A stretch of 64,000 bases of DNA from contig CATKZK010000002.1 in NCBI GenBank assembly GCA_949841325.1, forward strand, positions 663-64,662, read 5' to 3'. Shown piece by piece: positions 20,608-30,294 of the stretch. The position numbers and the translations under genes were made by a program. Origin of the DNA: an uncultured Bacilli bacterium. Its GTDB lineage: Bacteria > Bacillota_I > Bacilli_A > RF39 > UBA660. The notes beneath the pieces are model-generated. The model made no database searches, had not been told where the DNA came from, and saw nothing but the letters and a program-made list of their open reading frames with translations. Position 1 is the stretch's first letter. The number at the start of each line of letters is the position of its first letter.

Positions 20608-20634
20608 TTTATTTATTTGTTTGTTGTTTTCAAA

Positions 20635-20650
20635 TGTTTCACGTGAAACA
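20635..20650. promoter_or_regulatory. parS: parS site 8
   Basis: TGTTTCACGTGAAACA, 14 bp beyond the gyrA stop codon. Confidence 0.85.
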
Positions 20651-20653
20651 TAT

Positions 20654-20681
20654 AAAAAGAGAATTTATTCATTCTCTTTTT
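20654..20681 (-). terminator. Intrinsic terminator of gyrA (hairpin overlaps the stop codon)
   Basis: AAAAAGAGAAT-ttattc-ATTCTCTTTTT inverted repeat. On the minus strand the stem is followed by a U-run. Confidence 0.6.
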
Positions 20682-23268
20682 CATTGCCCTCATCTTGCAA
20701 ATTTTCCGTTTCTGTTATTTCTTCTGTAACACCATTATCTTCTTGCTTTTCTACCACACTCACTGTAGATACATATTGATTTTCCTTCAAATTTATTAAT
20801 TTTACACCTTGTGTAACTCTTCCCAATTGCGAAATTTGGTCAATTGGAAGTCTAATTAACATTCCGCTGTCTGTAATAATTAACAAATCTTTATTATCTG
20901 TAACTATCTTATGAGATACCATATTACCATTTTTGTCAGTTACATTTAGTGCTTTTACTCCTTTGCTACCACGTCTTGTCATTCGATATTCATTAACATA
21001 TGTTTTCTTACCAAATCCGTTAGAAGTAACAATTAGTAAGTTATCATCTAAATTTCCAACTTCCATTCCTATACAAGTTGCTCCATCTAAAGATATACCT
21101 TTTACTCCAGATGCAGTTCTTCCCATTGGACGAATTTCGTTTTCATCAAACACTACCATTCTGCCAGCAGAAGATCCTAAAATGATATATGAATTTCCAT
21201 TACACAATCTCACATCAATTAATTCGTCAGATTCTCTTAATCCGATAGCTAATTTTCCCGAATTTCTAATATTTGCAAATTCTTCAATTGGGGTCTTTTT
21301 AACAATACCATCTCTTGTCGCAAATGCTAAATATTTACCTTTTAACTCATCGTCTTTGTCAGGTGTAATCTTGATAATCGAACTTATTCTTTCCTCTTTT
21401 TCAATTGGAATTAAATTTATAATAGGTAATCCCTTAGATTGTCTACTATAAAGTGGAATCTCATATCCTCTAACACGATAAACTTTTCCTTTTGAAGTAA
21501 AGAAGAGTACGTCATCATGTGTTTTGCAATTAATCAAGTATTTTACATAATCTTCTTCATTAATTGACATTCCTTTTACACCGACACCGCCGCGATGCTG
21601 AGCACGATAGGTATCTGAAGTACATCTCTTAATATAGCCTTTATCAGTAATAGATATAATTATATCTTCCACTGGAATTAGAGATTCATCTTCAATATAA
21701 TCTATGGCCGTCATATCAATATCTGTACGTCTATCGTCTCCATAACGCTTCTTAATTTCTAACATTTCGTCCTTTATAATGTTCAAAACTTTTTCGTTAG
21801 AAGCTAAAATAGAGTTCAAATATTCGATTTCTGCTAGTAATTCTTCTAATTCCTTATCTATTTTTTCTCGTTCTAATCCAGTTAATCTTCTTAAACGCAT
21901 TTCTAAGATATTATTTGCCTGAATTTCAGATAAACCAAATCGATCAATTAATTTAGTTCTTGCATCATCGTCATCCATTGCACCACGTATAATGGCAACA
22001 ACTTCATCGATATGATCTAGTGCGATTTGCAATCCTTTAAGGATATGAACTCTAGCTTCATCTTGAGCTAAATCAAATTTTGTTCTTCTAATAATGACTT
22101 CTTTTTGATGATCTATATATTTAACAATAATATCCTTTAATCCTAAAGTTCTAGGAATTCCATTATCCAACATCAAAAAGATAATACCATAACTCTTTTG
22201 AAAATTTGTATATTTATATAAATTGTTCAAAACTACTTGAGGATTCGCATCTTTTTTTAAAGTAATAGTAATTTTAATACCATTTTTTAAATCAGTATGA
22301 TAATCAGAAATTCCCTCAATGACTTTATTATGAACAAGCTCAGCTACTTTATTCTTAAGTTCATATGTATTGGTCTCGTAAGGAACCTCGGTAATTACGA
22401 TATTACTGTGATTTCCGTGTTCTTCTATCTCAGCACGACTTCGAATCGTAATAGATCCACGTCCCGTTTCATAGGCCTGTTTAATTCCTTTATTCCCTAA
22501 GATTATACCACCTGTAGGAAAATCAGGTCCTTTAATATATTGCATCAATTCAGAGACTTCTATCTCTGGATTATCAATATAGGCAACACATCCATCAATA
22601 ACCTCACTCAAATTATGTGGCGGAATATTTGTTGCCATACCAACAGCTATTCCCATAGTACCATTTACTAAAATATTGGGATATCTTGATGGTAATACTT
22701 TTGGTTCTTTCTTAGTTACATCAAAGTTATCATCCATATCAACGGTATCTTTACGAATATCTCTCAACAACTCTAAAGAAAGTTTGGCAAGGCGCGATTC
22801 TGTATAACGCATAGCTGCGGCTCCATCACCTTCAATATTACCAAAATTTCCATGTCCATCTACTAAAGTATATCTTTGAGAAAAATCTTGTGCCATTCGC
22901 ACCATAGCTTCATAAATAGATGAATCTCCATGTGGATGGTATGTTCCCATTACTGCTCCAACAGTTGTTGCCGATTTACGATGTGGTTTGTCAGGCGTTA
23001 GACCAGATTCAAACATCGTCCACAAAATACGTCTATTTACGGGTTTTAAACCATCTCTTAAGTCAGGTAAAGCACGTGCTGTAATAACACTCATTGAATA
23101 ATCAAGGAATGAATTACTAATCTCTGTAACAATATTATTCTCAGTTAAACTATCTCTTTCATGGAAAGTTCCACCAAATTCATTATTACCAGCTGATGAA
23201 GGTTCTTCTTCACTATCATTTTGTTCTAACTCTAATTCTTCTTCATTTTTTAGTTCTTCATCTGTCAT
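20665..23268 (-). CDS. gyrA: DNA gyrase subunit A
   Basis: 867 aa with AAMRYTE active-site Tyr motif, HPHGD, and C-terminal beta-pinwheel repeats. An acidic N-terminal extension is present. Confidence 0.97.
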   Translation of the reverse strand: MTDEELKNEEELELEQNDSEEEPSSAGNNEFGGTFHERDSLTENNIVTEISNSFLDYSMSVITARALPDLRDGLKPVNRRILWTMFESGLTPDKPHRKSATTVGAVMGTYHPHGDSSIYEAMVRMAQDFSQRYTLVDGHGNFGNIEGDGAAAMRYTESRLAKLSLELLRDIRKDTVDMDDNFDVTKKEPKVLPSRYPNILVNGTMGIAVGMATNIPPHNLSEVIDGCVAYIDNPEIEVSELMQYIKGPDFPTGGIILGNKGIKQAYETGRGSITIRSRAEIEEHGNHSNIVITEVPYETNTYELKNKVAELVHNKVIEGISDYHTDLKNGIKITITLKKDANPQVVLNNLYKYTNFQKSYGIIFLMLDNGIPRTLGLKDIIVKYIDHQKEVIIRRTKFDLAQDEARVHILKGLQIALDHIDEVVAIIRGAMDDDDARTKLIDRFGLSEIQANNILEMRLRRLTGLEREKIDKELEELLAEIEYLNSILASNEKVLNIIKDEMLEIKKRYGDDRRTDIDMTAIDYIEDESLIPVEDIIISITDKGYIKRCTSDTYRAQHRGGVGVKGMSINEEDYVKYLINCKTHDDVLFFTSKGKVYRVRGYEIPLYSRQSKGLPIINLIPIEKEERISSIIKITPDKDDELKGKYLAFATRDGIVKKTPIEEFANIRNSGKLAIGLRESDELIDVRLCNGNSYIILGSSAGRMVVFDENEIRPMGRTASGVKGISLDGATCIGMEVGNLDDNLLIVTSNGFGKKTYVNEYRMTRRGSKGVKALNVTDKNGNMVSHKIVTDNKDLLIITDSGMLIRLPIDQISQLGRVTQGVKLINLKENQYVSTVSVVEKQEDNGVTEEITETENLQDEGNEKENE

Positions 23269-23279
23269 ATCTTTACCTC

Positions 23280-25205
23280 CTAAGCATCTATGTTTTGAGC
23301 ATATCCTGCATTAATCTCTATAAATTCTCTTCGAGGACCAACCTCTTCACCCATCAATTTTTCAAAAATAGCGTCTGCAGCAACACAATCATCAACTGTA
23401 ATCTTTTTCAACACACGTTTTTCAATATCCATAGTTGTATCATTTAATTCATCTGCATCCATCTCTCCAAGACCTTTCATACGCACAATTTCTGCACGAG
23501 CACGTACATTTTCAGGTAAATTGTTTAAATATTCGTCCTTTTCTTCTTCTGTAAGAACATACTTTCTCGTTTTTCCATGAGAAATTCTAAATAATGGAGG
23601 TTGAGCTGCATACACGTGCCCTGATTGTACAATTGGCTTAAAGAAACGATAGAATAAAGTAAGCAACAATACGCGAATATGAGCACCATCTACGTCGGCA
23701 TCGGTCATGATAATAATTTTATCATAACGCAACTTAGATAAATCAAATTCTTCTCCAATACCAGTACCAAAAGCGGTAATAATTGTTCTGATTTCTTCAT
23801 TTCCCAAAGCTCTATCTAAACGTGCCTTTTCAACATTTAATATTTTTCCTCTTAAAGGTAAGATAGCTTGTGTCATTGAATTACGTCCTAATTTAGCACT
23901 TCCACCTGCACTATCTCCCTCGACTATAAAGATTTCAGATTCACTTGGATCCTTACTCTTACAATCTGCAAGTTTTCCAAAGAAATTCGTCGTAGCTAAA
24001 TCGCTTTTTCTTGTAATTTCTCTAGCTTTCTTTGCCGCATTACGAGCTCGACAAGCAAGCAATGCTTTATTTATAATCACTTTCGCTTCTTCAGGGTTTT
24101 CCATCAAGAATCTTTCAAATCCTTTTGAAAAGACATCATCTGCAAGTTTTCTAACCTCAGAATTACCAAGTCTTCCCTTCGTTTGTCCTTCAAACTGTGG
24201 ATTAGGATGTTTACAAGAGATAATCATTGTTAAACCTTCTTTAACATCATCTCCTGTTAATGAATCATCTTTTTCTTTTAAGATGCCATTCTTTCGTGAA
24301 TAACTATTGATTACTCGTGTTAAAGCTCTTTTTACTCCTTCTTCATGAGTTCCACCATCATGAGTATTGATATTATTTACAAAAGAATAAATATTATCAT
24401 TATAACTTGTGTTATATTGCATTGCCACTTCAAATTGAACATTTTCTTCTTCTCCTTCAAAGTGAATGACATCTTCATGAATAGCCGTCTTTCCTTGATT
24501 GATAAAACGAACATATTCCTTAATTCCACCTTCATAAAGGAAAGTCTCTCCTGTCGTATCTTCATCATCACGATCATCACGAATGGTAATAGAAAGTCCT
24601 CTATTTAAAAAGGCAAGCTCACGAATACGATTTTTTAACGTTTCATAATCATAAATATCTGTATCAAAGATATCAGGATCAGGTTTAAAACTGACAACAG
24701 TTCCTGTTCTATTTGGTTCACAATCTCCAATAACATTCAAAGGATTTACTGTCTTTCCACCATTTTCAAAACGAATAAAATGAATCTTTGAATCCTTATA
24801 AACACGTACTTCTACCCATTTACTTAAGGCATTTACAACACTCGCTCCTACACCATGCAAACCTCCAGCAACTTTGTATCCGCCGCCACCAAATTTACCA
24901 CCAGCGTGTAAAACGGTATAAACAGTCTCCACTGTTGATATCTTTGTTTTTGGATGGACATCTGTAGGAATCCCTCTTCCATCATCCTTCACAGTAATTG
25001 AGTTATCTTTATTTATGATCACTTCAATATTTTGGCAATATCCAGCCAATGCTTCATCAATAGCATTATCGACAATTTCCCAAACCAAATGATGTAATCC
25101 TTTAACATCTGTTGTTCCAATATACATACCTGGTCGCTTACGAACAGCCTCTAATCCCTCTAATACTTGAATATCCGAAGCATTATAATGTGTTTCTTCT
25201 TCCAT
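23280..25205 (-). CDS. gyrB: DNA gyrase subunit B
   Basis: 641 aa with GHKL ATPase motifs ([16 protein letters not shown]), Toprim EGDSAGG, and [10 protein letters not shown]. Confidence 0.97.
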   Translation of the reverse strand: MEEETHYNASDIQVLEGLEAVRKRPGMYIGTTDVKGLHHLVWEIVDNAIDEALAGYCQNIEVIINKDNSITVKDDGRGIPTDVHPKTKISTVETVYTVLHAGGKFGGGGYKVAGGLHGVGASVVNALSKWVEVRVYKDSKIHFIRFENGGKTVNPLNVIGDCEPNRTGTVVSFKPDPDIFDTDIYDYETLKNRIRELAFLNRGLSITIRDDRDDEDTTGETFLYEGGIKEYVRFINQGKTAIHEDVIHFEGEEENVQFEVAMQYNTSYNDNIYSFVNNINTHDGGTHEEGVKRALTRVINSYSRKNGILKEKDDSLTGDDVKEGLTMIISCKHPNPQFEGQTKGRLGNSEVRKLADDVFSKGFERFLMENPEEAKVIINKALLACRARNAAKKAREITRKSDLATTNFFGKLADCKSKDPSESEIFIVEGDSAGGSAKLGRNSMTQAILPLRGKILNVEKARLDRALGNEEIRTIITAFGTGIGEEFDLSKLRYDKIIIMTDADVDGAHIRVLLLTLFYRFFKPIVQSGHVYAAQPPLFRISHGKTRKYVLTEEEKDEYLNNLPENVRARAEIVRMKGLGEMDADELNDTTMDIEKRVLKKITVDDCVAADAIFEKLMGEEVGPRREFIEINAGYAQNIDA

Positions 25206-25249
25206 CTACGTCATCCCTTTCAGTATCATTTATTATAAAAAGAAGTTTC

Positions 25250-26347
25250 CTATTGGTTTCCTCTTTCTGTAACTGTGCCATTTTCCACTTCAAATATACG
25301 ACTATCCTTCTTTAAAGATACAGAAACTTTATTTAACTCAGTTGTCGTAATAAAAGTCTGAATGTCATCGTGAATAAAAGTCAATATATTGTTGATTTTT
25401 TCCTCATCTAATTCACTAAACAAATCATCTAAGATAAGAATAGGTTCAATCTCTTTTTCATTTTTAAAAATATCAATTTCCCCTAATTTTAATGAAATAA
25501 TCGCATTTTTTTGTTCACCTTCAGAACCATAATCCTTTAAATTGTTCCCCTCTAATGAAAACTCATAATCATCTCGATGAATTCCTGTACTTGTAGTTCC
25601 AAGAATAATATCGCGATTCTTTTCTTTTTTATAGACCTGAAGTAATTCTTCTTTACCTAGATTATTATAATCTGATTTATAAAGAAGAGTTAATCCATGA
25701 ATACCTGCTATCTTAAAATAATGCTTCTCTATATATTGGTTAATCTTAGCAATGAATTCCTCTCGGTACTTATGTATTCTAAGTCCAAGTTCGACTAATT
25801 GTTCTGTCAAAATTTGTAAATAATCTTGACTAGCATTGCCATTTGTATAAAGTGTTTTCAAGTAAGAATTTCTTTGCTTTAAGACTTTATTATAGAGAGT
25901 TAATACTTTAAGGTAATCATTACTAAACTGCGATAATTCAATATTAATTAACTTTCTTCTAGTATTCGGTGTATCTTTGATTAATTTTAAATCTTCAGAA
26001 GTAAATAAAACAATATTAATTTTAGAAAGATAATCAGTTAAACGATTAATATTTGTATTATTAATCTTTACCTTTTTTTCATTCCTCTTCAATATAATGC
26101 GATATTTACTCTCATAAGTATCTAAAATAGTTCCTTCAACTCTAGCCAAATCACAGTTTTGACGAATGACAACCTCTTCTTTTGACCCACGAAAGGATTT
26201 CGTAAAGGCTAAACAATAGATTGCTTCGACAATATTTGTCTTTCCCATGCCATTTTGGCCAATAATTAAGTTCTTTCCAGGGTTAAATTCCAATTCTAAT
26301 TTTTCATAATTACGGAAATTTAGTAATTTTAAATTTAAAATTTTCAT
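25250..26347 (-). CDS. recF: DNA replication and repair protein RecF
   Basis: Walker A GQNGMGKTN, signature SEGEQK, and LILDDLFSELD. Confidence 0.93.
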   Translation of the reverse strand: MKILNLKLLNFRNYEKLELEFNPGKNLIIGQNGMGKTNIVEAIYCLAFTKSFRGSKEEVVIRQNCDLARVEGTILDTYESKYRIILKRNEKKVKINNTNINRLTDYLSKINIVLFTSEDLKLIKDTPNTRRKLINIELSQFSNDYLKVLTLYNKVLKQRNSYLKTLYTNGNASQDYLQILTEQLVELGLRIHKYREEFIAKINQYIEKHYFKIAGIHGLTLLYKSDYNNLGKEELLQVYKKEKNRDIILGTTSTGIHRDDYEFSLEGNNLKDYGSEGEQKNAIISLKLGEIDIFKNEKEIEPILILDDLFSELDEEKINNILTFIHDDIQTFITTTELNKVSVSLKKDSRIFEVENGTVTERGNQ

Positions 26348-26453
26348 TTTAACCCCCTTTATTTCTCATTTAAGAGATTTTTCTGTTTTTATGTACACCT
26401 ATACACATATTCATTATATCATAAAAGCTACCACAAAAAAAGAAAAAATGACC

Positions 26454-26909
26454 TTATTTCTTCTTATTTTTCATGTAAATAGCTTCTAAATGAGTTGCTC
26501 GTAAAATTTGATTTTTCATGATGTTTATGGATTCATCAAATTCAATGATTTTTTCATTATTGAACATGATATAAGTGGAGTTCTTAATACGATTATCATA
26601 AAACTTTTTTATGTGATTTAAAGACACCCATTCTACTTGCTTTAATCTTGGGGAACAAGTGGGGAAAAAAATAAGACAAAGAGATTCATTAACGATTATA
26701 GGAGCTTTATATTTATATCCCGTTAATTCAAAAGTTAACTCATGTCTTGCTTCTAAGGAAAAACCATTAGCTAAACAGCTTTTTTTTATGATAAAATTAG
26801 GAGCTTTTTTAATGATAAAAAAGCGACTTCTTTCATAGACAATCGATTTTTTCTTGCCATAAGGAATAATCGCCATTGTTTCTTCATTAATTATATAATT
26901 ATCCATCAT
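26454..26909 (-). CDS. ComK-family competence transcription factor-like protein
   Basis: 151 aa. The pattern ETMAIIPY...SCLANGFSLEARHE...YKAPIIV...LIFFPTCSPRLKQVEWVSLNHI resembles the ComK family (tmAi.P, sC...Gss.eGR, K.PI, iFFPT.SP...c.Wi). This is from memory of the family, not an alignment. Confidence 0.6.
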   Translation of the reverse strand: MMDNYIINEETMAIIPYGKKKSIVYERSRFFIIKKAPNFIIKKSCLANGFSLEARHELTFELTGYKYKAPIIVNESLCLIFFPTCSPRLKQVEWVSLNHIKKFYDNRIKNSTYIMFNNEKIIEFDESINIMKNQILRATHLEAIYMKNKKK

Positions 26910-27012
26910 TTTTCCTCCTTTCGCGGAGGTACTCTAACATAAAAAAAATGAATAAATTGTCGAAGTTTGTCATCCTTCTTTCATTTTTCATTTTCCTTTA
27001 AAAGCTTCATTT

Positions 27013-28140
27013 TTAATAAGTTTTAATTGGTAAAATTAATTGAATCAAACTCTCATCTGTTGCAGATTTTAATACAATTGGCTTTGAATCAGAATTCATA
27101 AATAGAATAATTACGTCATCTTCAAAAGTTTTTAATGCATCCATCATATATTTTGCACTAAAGGAAATCGCGATATCTTCATCACAATTCCTCTCAACTG
27201 TAATCTTATCCTCTACTTTTCCAATTTCAGAAGCAAACGAACTTACACATAATTCATTGCTTTTTGCCTCCATTTTCACAATGTTTTTATCTTTACTTTG
27301 TGTCAATAAAGCGGCACGATCAATTGATGCATAGTAATCATTAAGATTGGCATTGATGATATGTACAAACTCCTTTGGAATAAAATTAGAAGTATTTGGA
27401 TATTGACCATTTAATAAGTTGGATTGAAATAAAATATTTTTATATTTAAACATAATTTTGTTAGTAAATACATGGATTTCAACGTTTTCTTCTTCCTCTT
27501 GCATAATTTTATCTAATTCATTGATATTCTTTCCTGGAATCACAATATCAACAGATTCTACATAAGGTTCAGCTAATTGTAAGGTCTTTTTAGCTAAGCG
27601 ATAAGAATCAGTCGCTACACATTCTAAGACATCACCATTCACTTTAATATTAATTCCTGTCAATAAAGGTCTTGATTCTTGTGTCGATATAGCAAAAATT
27701 GTCTGTTTGATCATTTTCTTTAAATCAAGAGACTTTAAGGTAATAAAACTCTCTTGTCCAACTAATTCAATTTGTGGATAATCAGAACTATTTAAACAAT
27801 TTAAGTTATACTGACTTGTCTCTGTATAAATGACAATTTTTAAATTATCTATGACTTCAAAATGAATGATATCACTTGGAAGTTTTTTGATTATATCTAA
27901 AATATATTTACTTTGAATAATGATAGTACCTTCACTTTCTATTGCTTCAATATCAGTTACAGGAATAAAAGACTTAATAGTTAAGTTAGAATCACTTGCT
28001 GTTAATGATAACCCACTTTCATTTAAATCAAATTTAATTCCATTTAGTATAGGAATAATATTCCTTGGGGAAATTGCTTTACTTACATTTGTTAATTGTT
28101 CTAATATAATATTCTTTTTAATTGAAAATTTCATTTTCAT
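27013..28140 (-). CDS. dnaN: DNA polymerase III beta sliding clamp
   Basis: MKMKFSIKKNIILEQL..., about 375 aa, dnaA-dnaN synteny. The internal start (SD AGAAGGA) was chosen because the track's longer ORF would run through DnaA boxes. Confidence 0.93.
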   Translation of the reverse strand: MKMKFSIKKNIILEQLTNVSKAISPRNIIPILNGIKFDLNESGLSLTASDSNLTIKSFIPVTDIEAIESEGTIIIQSKYILDIIKKLPSDIIHFEVIDNLKIVIYTETSQYNLNCLNSSDYPQIELVGQESFITLKSLDLKKMIKQTIFAISTQESRPLLTGINIKVNGDVLECVATDSYRLAKKTLQLAEPYVESVDIVIPGKNINELDKIMQEEEENVEIHVFTNKIMFKYKNILFQSNLLNGQYPNTSNFIPKEFVHIINANLNDYYASIDRAALLTQSKDKNIVKMEAKSNELCVSSFASEIGKVEDKITVERNCDEDIAISFSAKYMMDALKTFEDDVIILFMNSDSKPIVLKSATDESLIQLILPIKTY

Positions 28141-28165
28141 TCCTTCTTTCTTTTTATATATATTG

Positions 28166-28256
28166 TTATTATTACGGTGGATAATGTTGAAAACTGTCAA
28201 CTTATCAATAAATCCTTAGAAAACTCGATTTAAGTTTTCAAAATCCTTGTTGATAA
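28166..28256 (-). promoter_or_regulatory. oriC: oriC, dnaA-dnaN part: DnaA boxes plus DnaA-trio-like run and AT-rich candidate unwinding region
   Basis: The minus strand reads TTATCAACA (28256-28248). About 55 nt further on it reads TTTTCAACA (28193-28185) and TTATCCACC (28184-28176), then g, then TAATAATAA (28174-28166), then ATATATATAAAAAG. Confidence 0.6.
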
Positions 28257-28274
28257 AAGTCGATTTTTTAACAA

Positions 28275-29633
28275 TCAATTCAAAATTTGTTCTTTTATCT
28301 CTTTTATTTGTCTTCTAAGTTCTTCATTCTTTTTCATCTCTTCACTTATCTTATCACAAGCGTGTATGACAGTAGCATGATCTCGATTAAATTCTAAGCC
28401 AATTCTCTCAATAGTCTCCTCAGTTGTCATTTTACATATATACATTGCAATTTGCCTGGCATTATTGATATTCGCGACTCTTCGTTTACTCTTTAGATTT
28501 TCAATCGTTAAATCGAAGTAATCTGCAACAGCCTTTTGAATTTTTAAAACATTATTTGTAATATACATTGAGGTTCCAAAATAATCTTTTAAATTTTCTT
28601 GTGCGAATTCTAAGTTTATTTCTTTAGGCGAGTAAATCGCGGTCACTGCATATAATCGATTGATTGCCCCTTCTAGATGTCTAACATCACTTTCACAATT
28701 ATTAGCAATATATTCTAATACTTCTGCTTTAATTAAAGAACTTACATCATGTCCCATGATTTTGTTTTTCAAAATATTTAATTTTAGATCATAATCAGGA
28801 GGATTAATATTGACTGGCAATCCCCAAGAAAAACGTGTTCGCAGTCTATCTTCTAGGAATTTCATATCATTTGGGGAACTATCTGAACTGATAATAATCT
28901 GTTTCCCCTTATCATGCAAGAAATTAAAGGTATTAAAGAACTCATCTTGTGTCTTATCAGCTCCCCTTAAAAATTGAATATCATCAATCATCAGGACATC
29001 CACATTACGATACTTTTCTTTAAAATGTTTAATGATGTCTAAGTTATCTTCGCCCTTTTTATTGATTTGAGTAAAGTCATTAATAAAGGTCTCACTACTT
29101 ACATATAAAACGGATTTGTTTGAATTTTCTTTAATATAATTTCCAATCGCATGCATGAGATGGGTTTTTCCAAGTCCCGATTTTCCATACAGGAATAGGG
29201 GATTATAGAGTTTTCCAGGTTGTTCTGCAACTGCGAGTGCTGACATTTGAGCTAGTCGATTGGAATCTCCTACAACAAAATTATTAAAAGTATACTCTTG
29301 TAGTAAATTACTGTTGGTATCTTTGTATTTAGGAATGTCTTTTACTTCTTCTTCCACATTTTCTTTTTGTTTAGAAAGGTTATTTAGTTCTTCATCGGTT
29401 ATTAATTCATAATTGATATTTTTTCCTGTGACAATTTCTAACACTTCTTCCATTAAATCGGCATAGAAGTCATTTATATATTTCTTTTTATAAGGACTGC
29501 CAACATTAATGATAATGTTTTGTTCATCATATTCGATAAGCTGTGAATCTTTGAACCATGTATTAAATGAAATACCGTTTAATTTGCTGTTTAAAACATC
29601 AAGAAAATTACTCCAAAACTCCTCGCTTTTCAT
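28275..29633 (-). CDS. dnaA: Chromosomal replication initiator DnaA
   Basis: 452 aa with Walker A GKSGLGKTHL, the box VII region, and the C-terminal DNA-binding domain (ARQIAMYICK...DHATVIHA). Confidence 0.97.
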   Translation of the reverse strand: MKSEEFWSNFLDVLNSKLNGISFNTWFKDSQLIEYDEQNIIINVGSPYKKKYINDFYADLMEEVLEIVTGKNINYELITDEELNNLSKQKENVEEEVKDIPKYKDTNSNLLQEYTFNNFVVGDSNRLAQMSALAVAEQPGKLYNPLFLYGKSGLGKTHLMHAIGNYIKENSNKSVLYVSSETFINDFTQINKKGEDNLDIIKHFKEKYRNVDVLMIDDIQFLRGADKTQDEFFNTFNFLHDKGKQIIISSDSSPNDMKFLEDRLRTRFSWGLPVNINPPDYDLKLNILKNKIMGHDVSSLIKAEVLEYIANNCESDVRHLEGAINRLYAVTAIYSPKEINLEFAQENLKDYFGTSMYITNNVLKIQKAVADYFDLTIENLKSKRRVANINNARQIAMYICKMTTEETIERIGLEFNRDHATVIHACDKISEEMKKNEELRRQIKEIKEQILN

Positions 29634-29712
29634 TTAACCACCCTGTCTAGTTTCTACTAACTAAATTGTAAATCACTTTTGTCGAAAAATAAAGAATATT
29701 TGAAAAAAAAAA

Positions 29713-29965
29713 TTATTAACATACTTTTCAACCATATTTTCAACAATTTATTCACTATAATATCGTAGTTTATGACACTTTTCAACGTTTTCAACAAATT
29801 TTTAGAAATATTTATAAATTTATTGTAAAAACTTATCAACATAGAGTGTTGATATTGTCAAAAAGTAGCATAGTCAACAGAATACTGTCGAATCTTTTTA
29901 TGGAAATTGTTGAGAACTTGTTCATAAGGAAAAAACTACTTCATTTGTCAAAAAAGTTATTCACA
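29713..29965. promoter_or_regulatory. oriC: oriC, upstream part: cluster of about 12 DnaA-box-like 9-mers between dnaA and rpmH
   Basis: TTATTAACA 29713; TTTTCAACC 29725; TTTTCAACA 29737; TTATTCACT 29748; TTTTCAACG 29779; TTTTCAACA 29788; TTATCAACA 29833 facing TGTTGATAT 29847; TAGTCAACA 29871; TGTTGAGAA 29908; TTATTCACA 29957. Confidence 0.65.
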
Positions 29966-30064
29966 AAGAGAATGTGAAAAAATAAGGTATCTTTCTTTTT
30001 GAAGAGAATAAAATATCTTCTGAAGGGAAAAGAGTGAAAATCGTGAAATAAAGCTAGAAAAAGA

Positions 30065-30093
30065 TTGACTTCAAAATGAAATTATTATATACT
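30065..30093 (+). promoter_or_regulatory. Sigma-A-type promoter of rpmH-rnpA-yidC-jag
   Basis: TTGACT, 17 nt, TATACT. Confidence 0.6.
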
Positions 30094-30128
30094 AACCTTG
30101 CTTTAGAGATGTGGAGGTGTCTAAGACT

Positions 30129-30251
30129 ATGAAGAGAACTTTTCAACCAAATAATCGTAAAAAAGCAAAAAAACATGGTTTCTTTGCACGTAAAAATACT
30201 AAAATATTAAAATCTAGAAGAGCAAAAGGACGTAAAGTTATATGTAAGTAA
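30129..30251 (+). CDS. rpmH: 50S ribosomal protein L34
   Basis: Not in the track (below the length cutoff). SD GGAGGTG, then [40 protein letters not shown] (40 aa). Confidence 0.92.
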   Translation: MKRTFQPNNRKKAKKHGFFARKNTKILKSRRAKGRKVICK

Positions 30252-30294
30252 GCCACCCTGTGGCTTTTTATTGTAAAAGAAAGTAGGGGAGCTT

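Larger units (their letters stand above)
19986..20651. repeat. Array of eight parS palindromes (ATGTTTCACGTGAAACAT) in a non-coding region
   Basis: Eight copies of an 18-bp palindrome spaced 84, 155, 112, 95, 111, 48 and 43 bp apart (start to start). All match the Firmicute parS consensus TGTTNCACGTGAAACA. Confidence 0.9.

Noticed and set aside
19986-20651. The eight evenly sized palindromic repeats as a CRISPR array, a REP/MITE family, or a stack of terminators
   Set aside because: The repeat core is only 18 bp and fully palindromic. Spacers are irregular (25-137 bp) and AT-rich, and no cas genes or leader are present. All eight match the parS consensus 16 of 16, which is a far more specific explanation. 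A secondary hairpin role is kept as a separate low-confidence finding.
20591-20779. Track ORF MFHVKHLFICLL... starting inside parS site 7
   Set aside because: The ATG is simply the ATGTTTCAC of the palindrome. The ORF runs antisense into gyrA, has no SD, and its composition is not coding-like.
20933-21451. 172-aa plus-strand ORF, plus other antisense or nested ORFs (9690-9902, 11407-13236 group, 18000-19307, 22297-22500, 24345-24608, 27920-28219, 30207-30500, 30660-30920, 43205-43471, 44127-44351, 54163-55210 group, 58752-58982)
   Set aside because: All lie inside or antisense to well-supported conserved genes (gyrA, metG, mfd, dnaX, gyrB, dnaN, rnpA, yidC, murA, rpmE, the immunity gene, ATP-grasp). 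They show no independent coding signal.
27013-28200. Long N-terminal extensions offered by the track for dnaN (28200), tadA (19819), pth (14283), tatD (8708), rsmA (7316), the LysR gene (44339), the TGase-like gene (57945) and the 2H phosphoesterase (61787)
   Set aside because: In each case an internal ATG sits behind a good Shine-Dalgarno and gives the family-typical N-terminus. The extensions overlap DnaA boxes, the SRP RNA or neighbouring genes.
29657-29842. 61-aa minus-strand ORF between dnaA and rpmH
   Set aside because: It lies entirely in the DnaA-box cluster of oriC, is made of AT-rich repeats, and has no SD.
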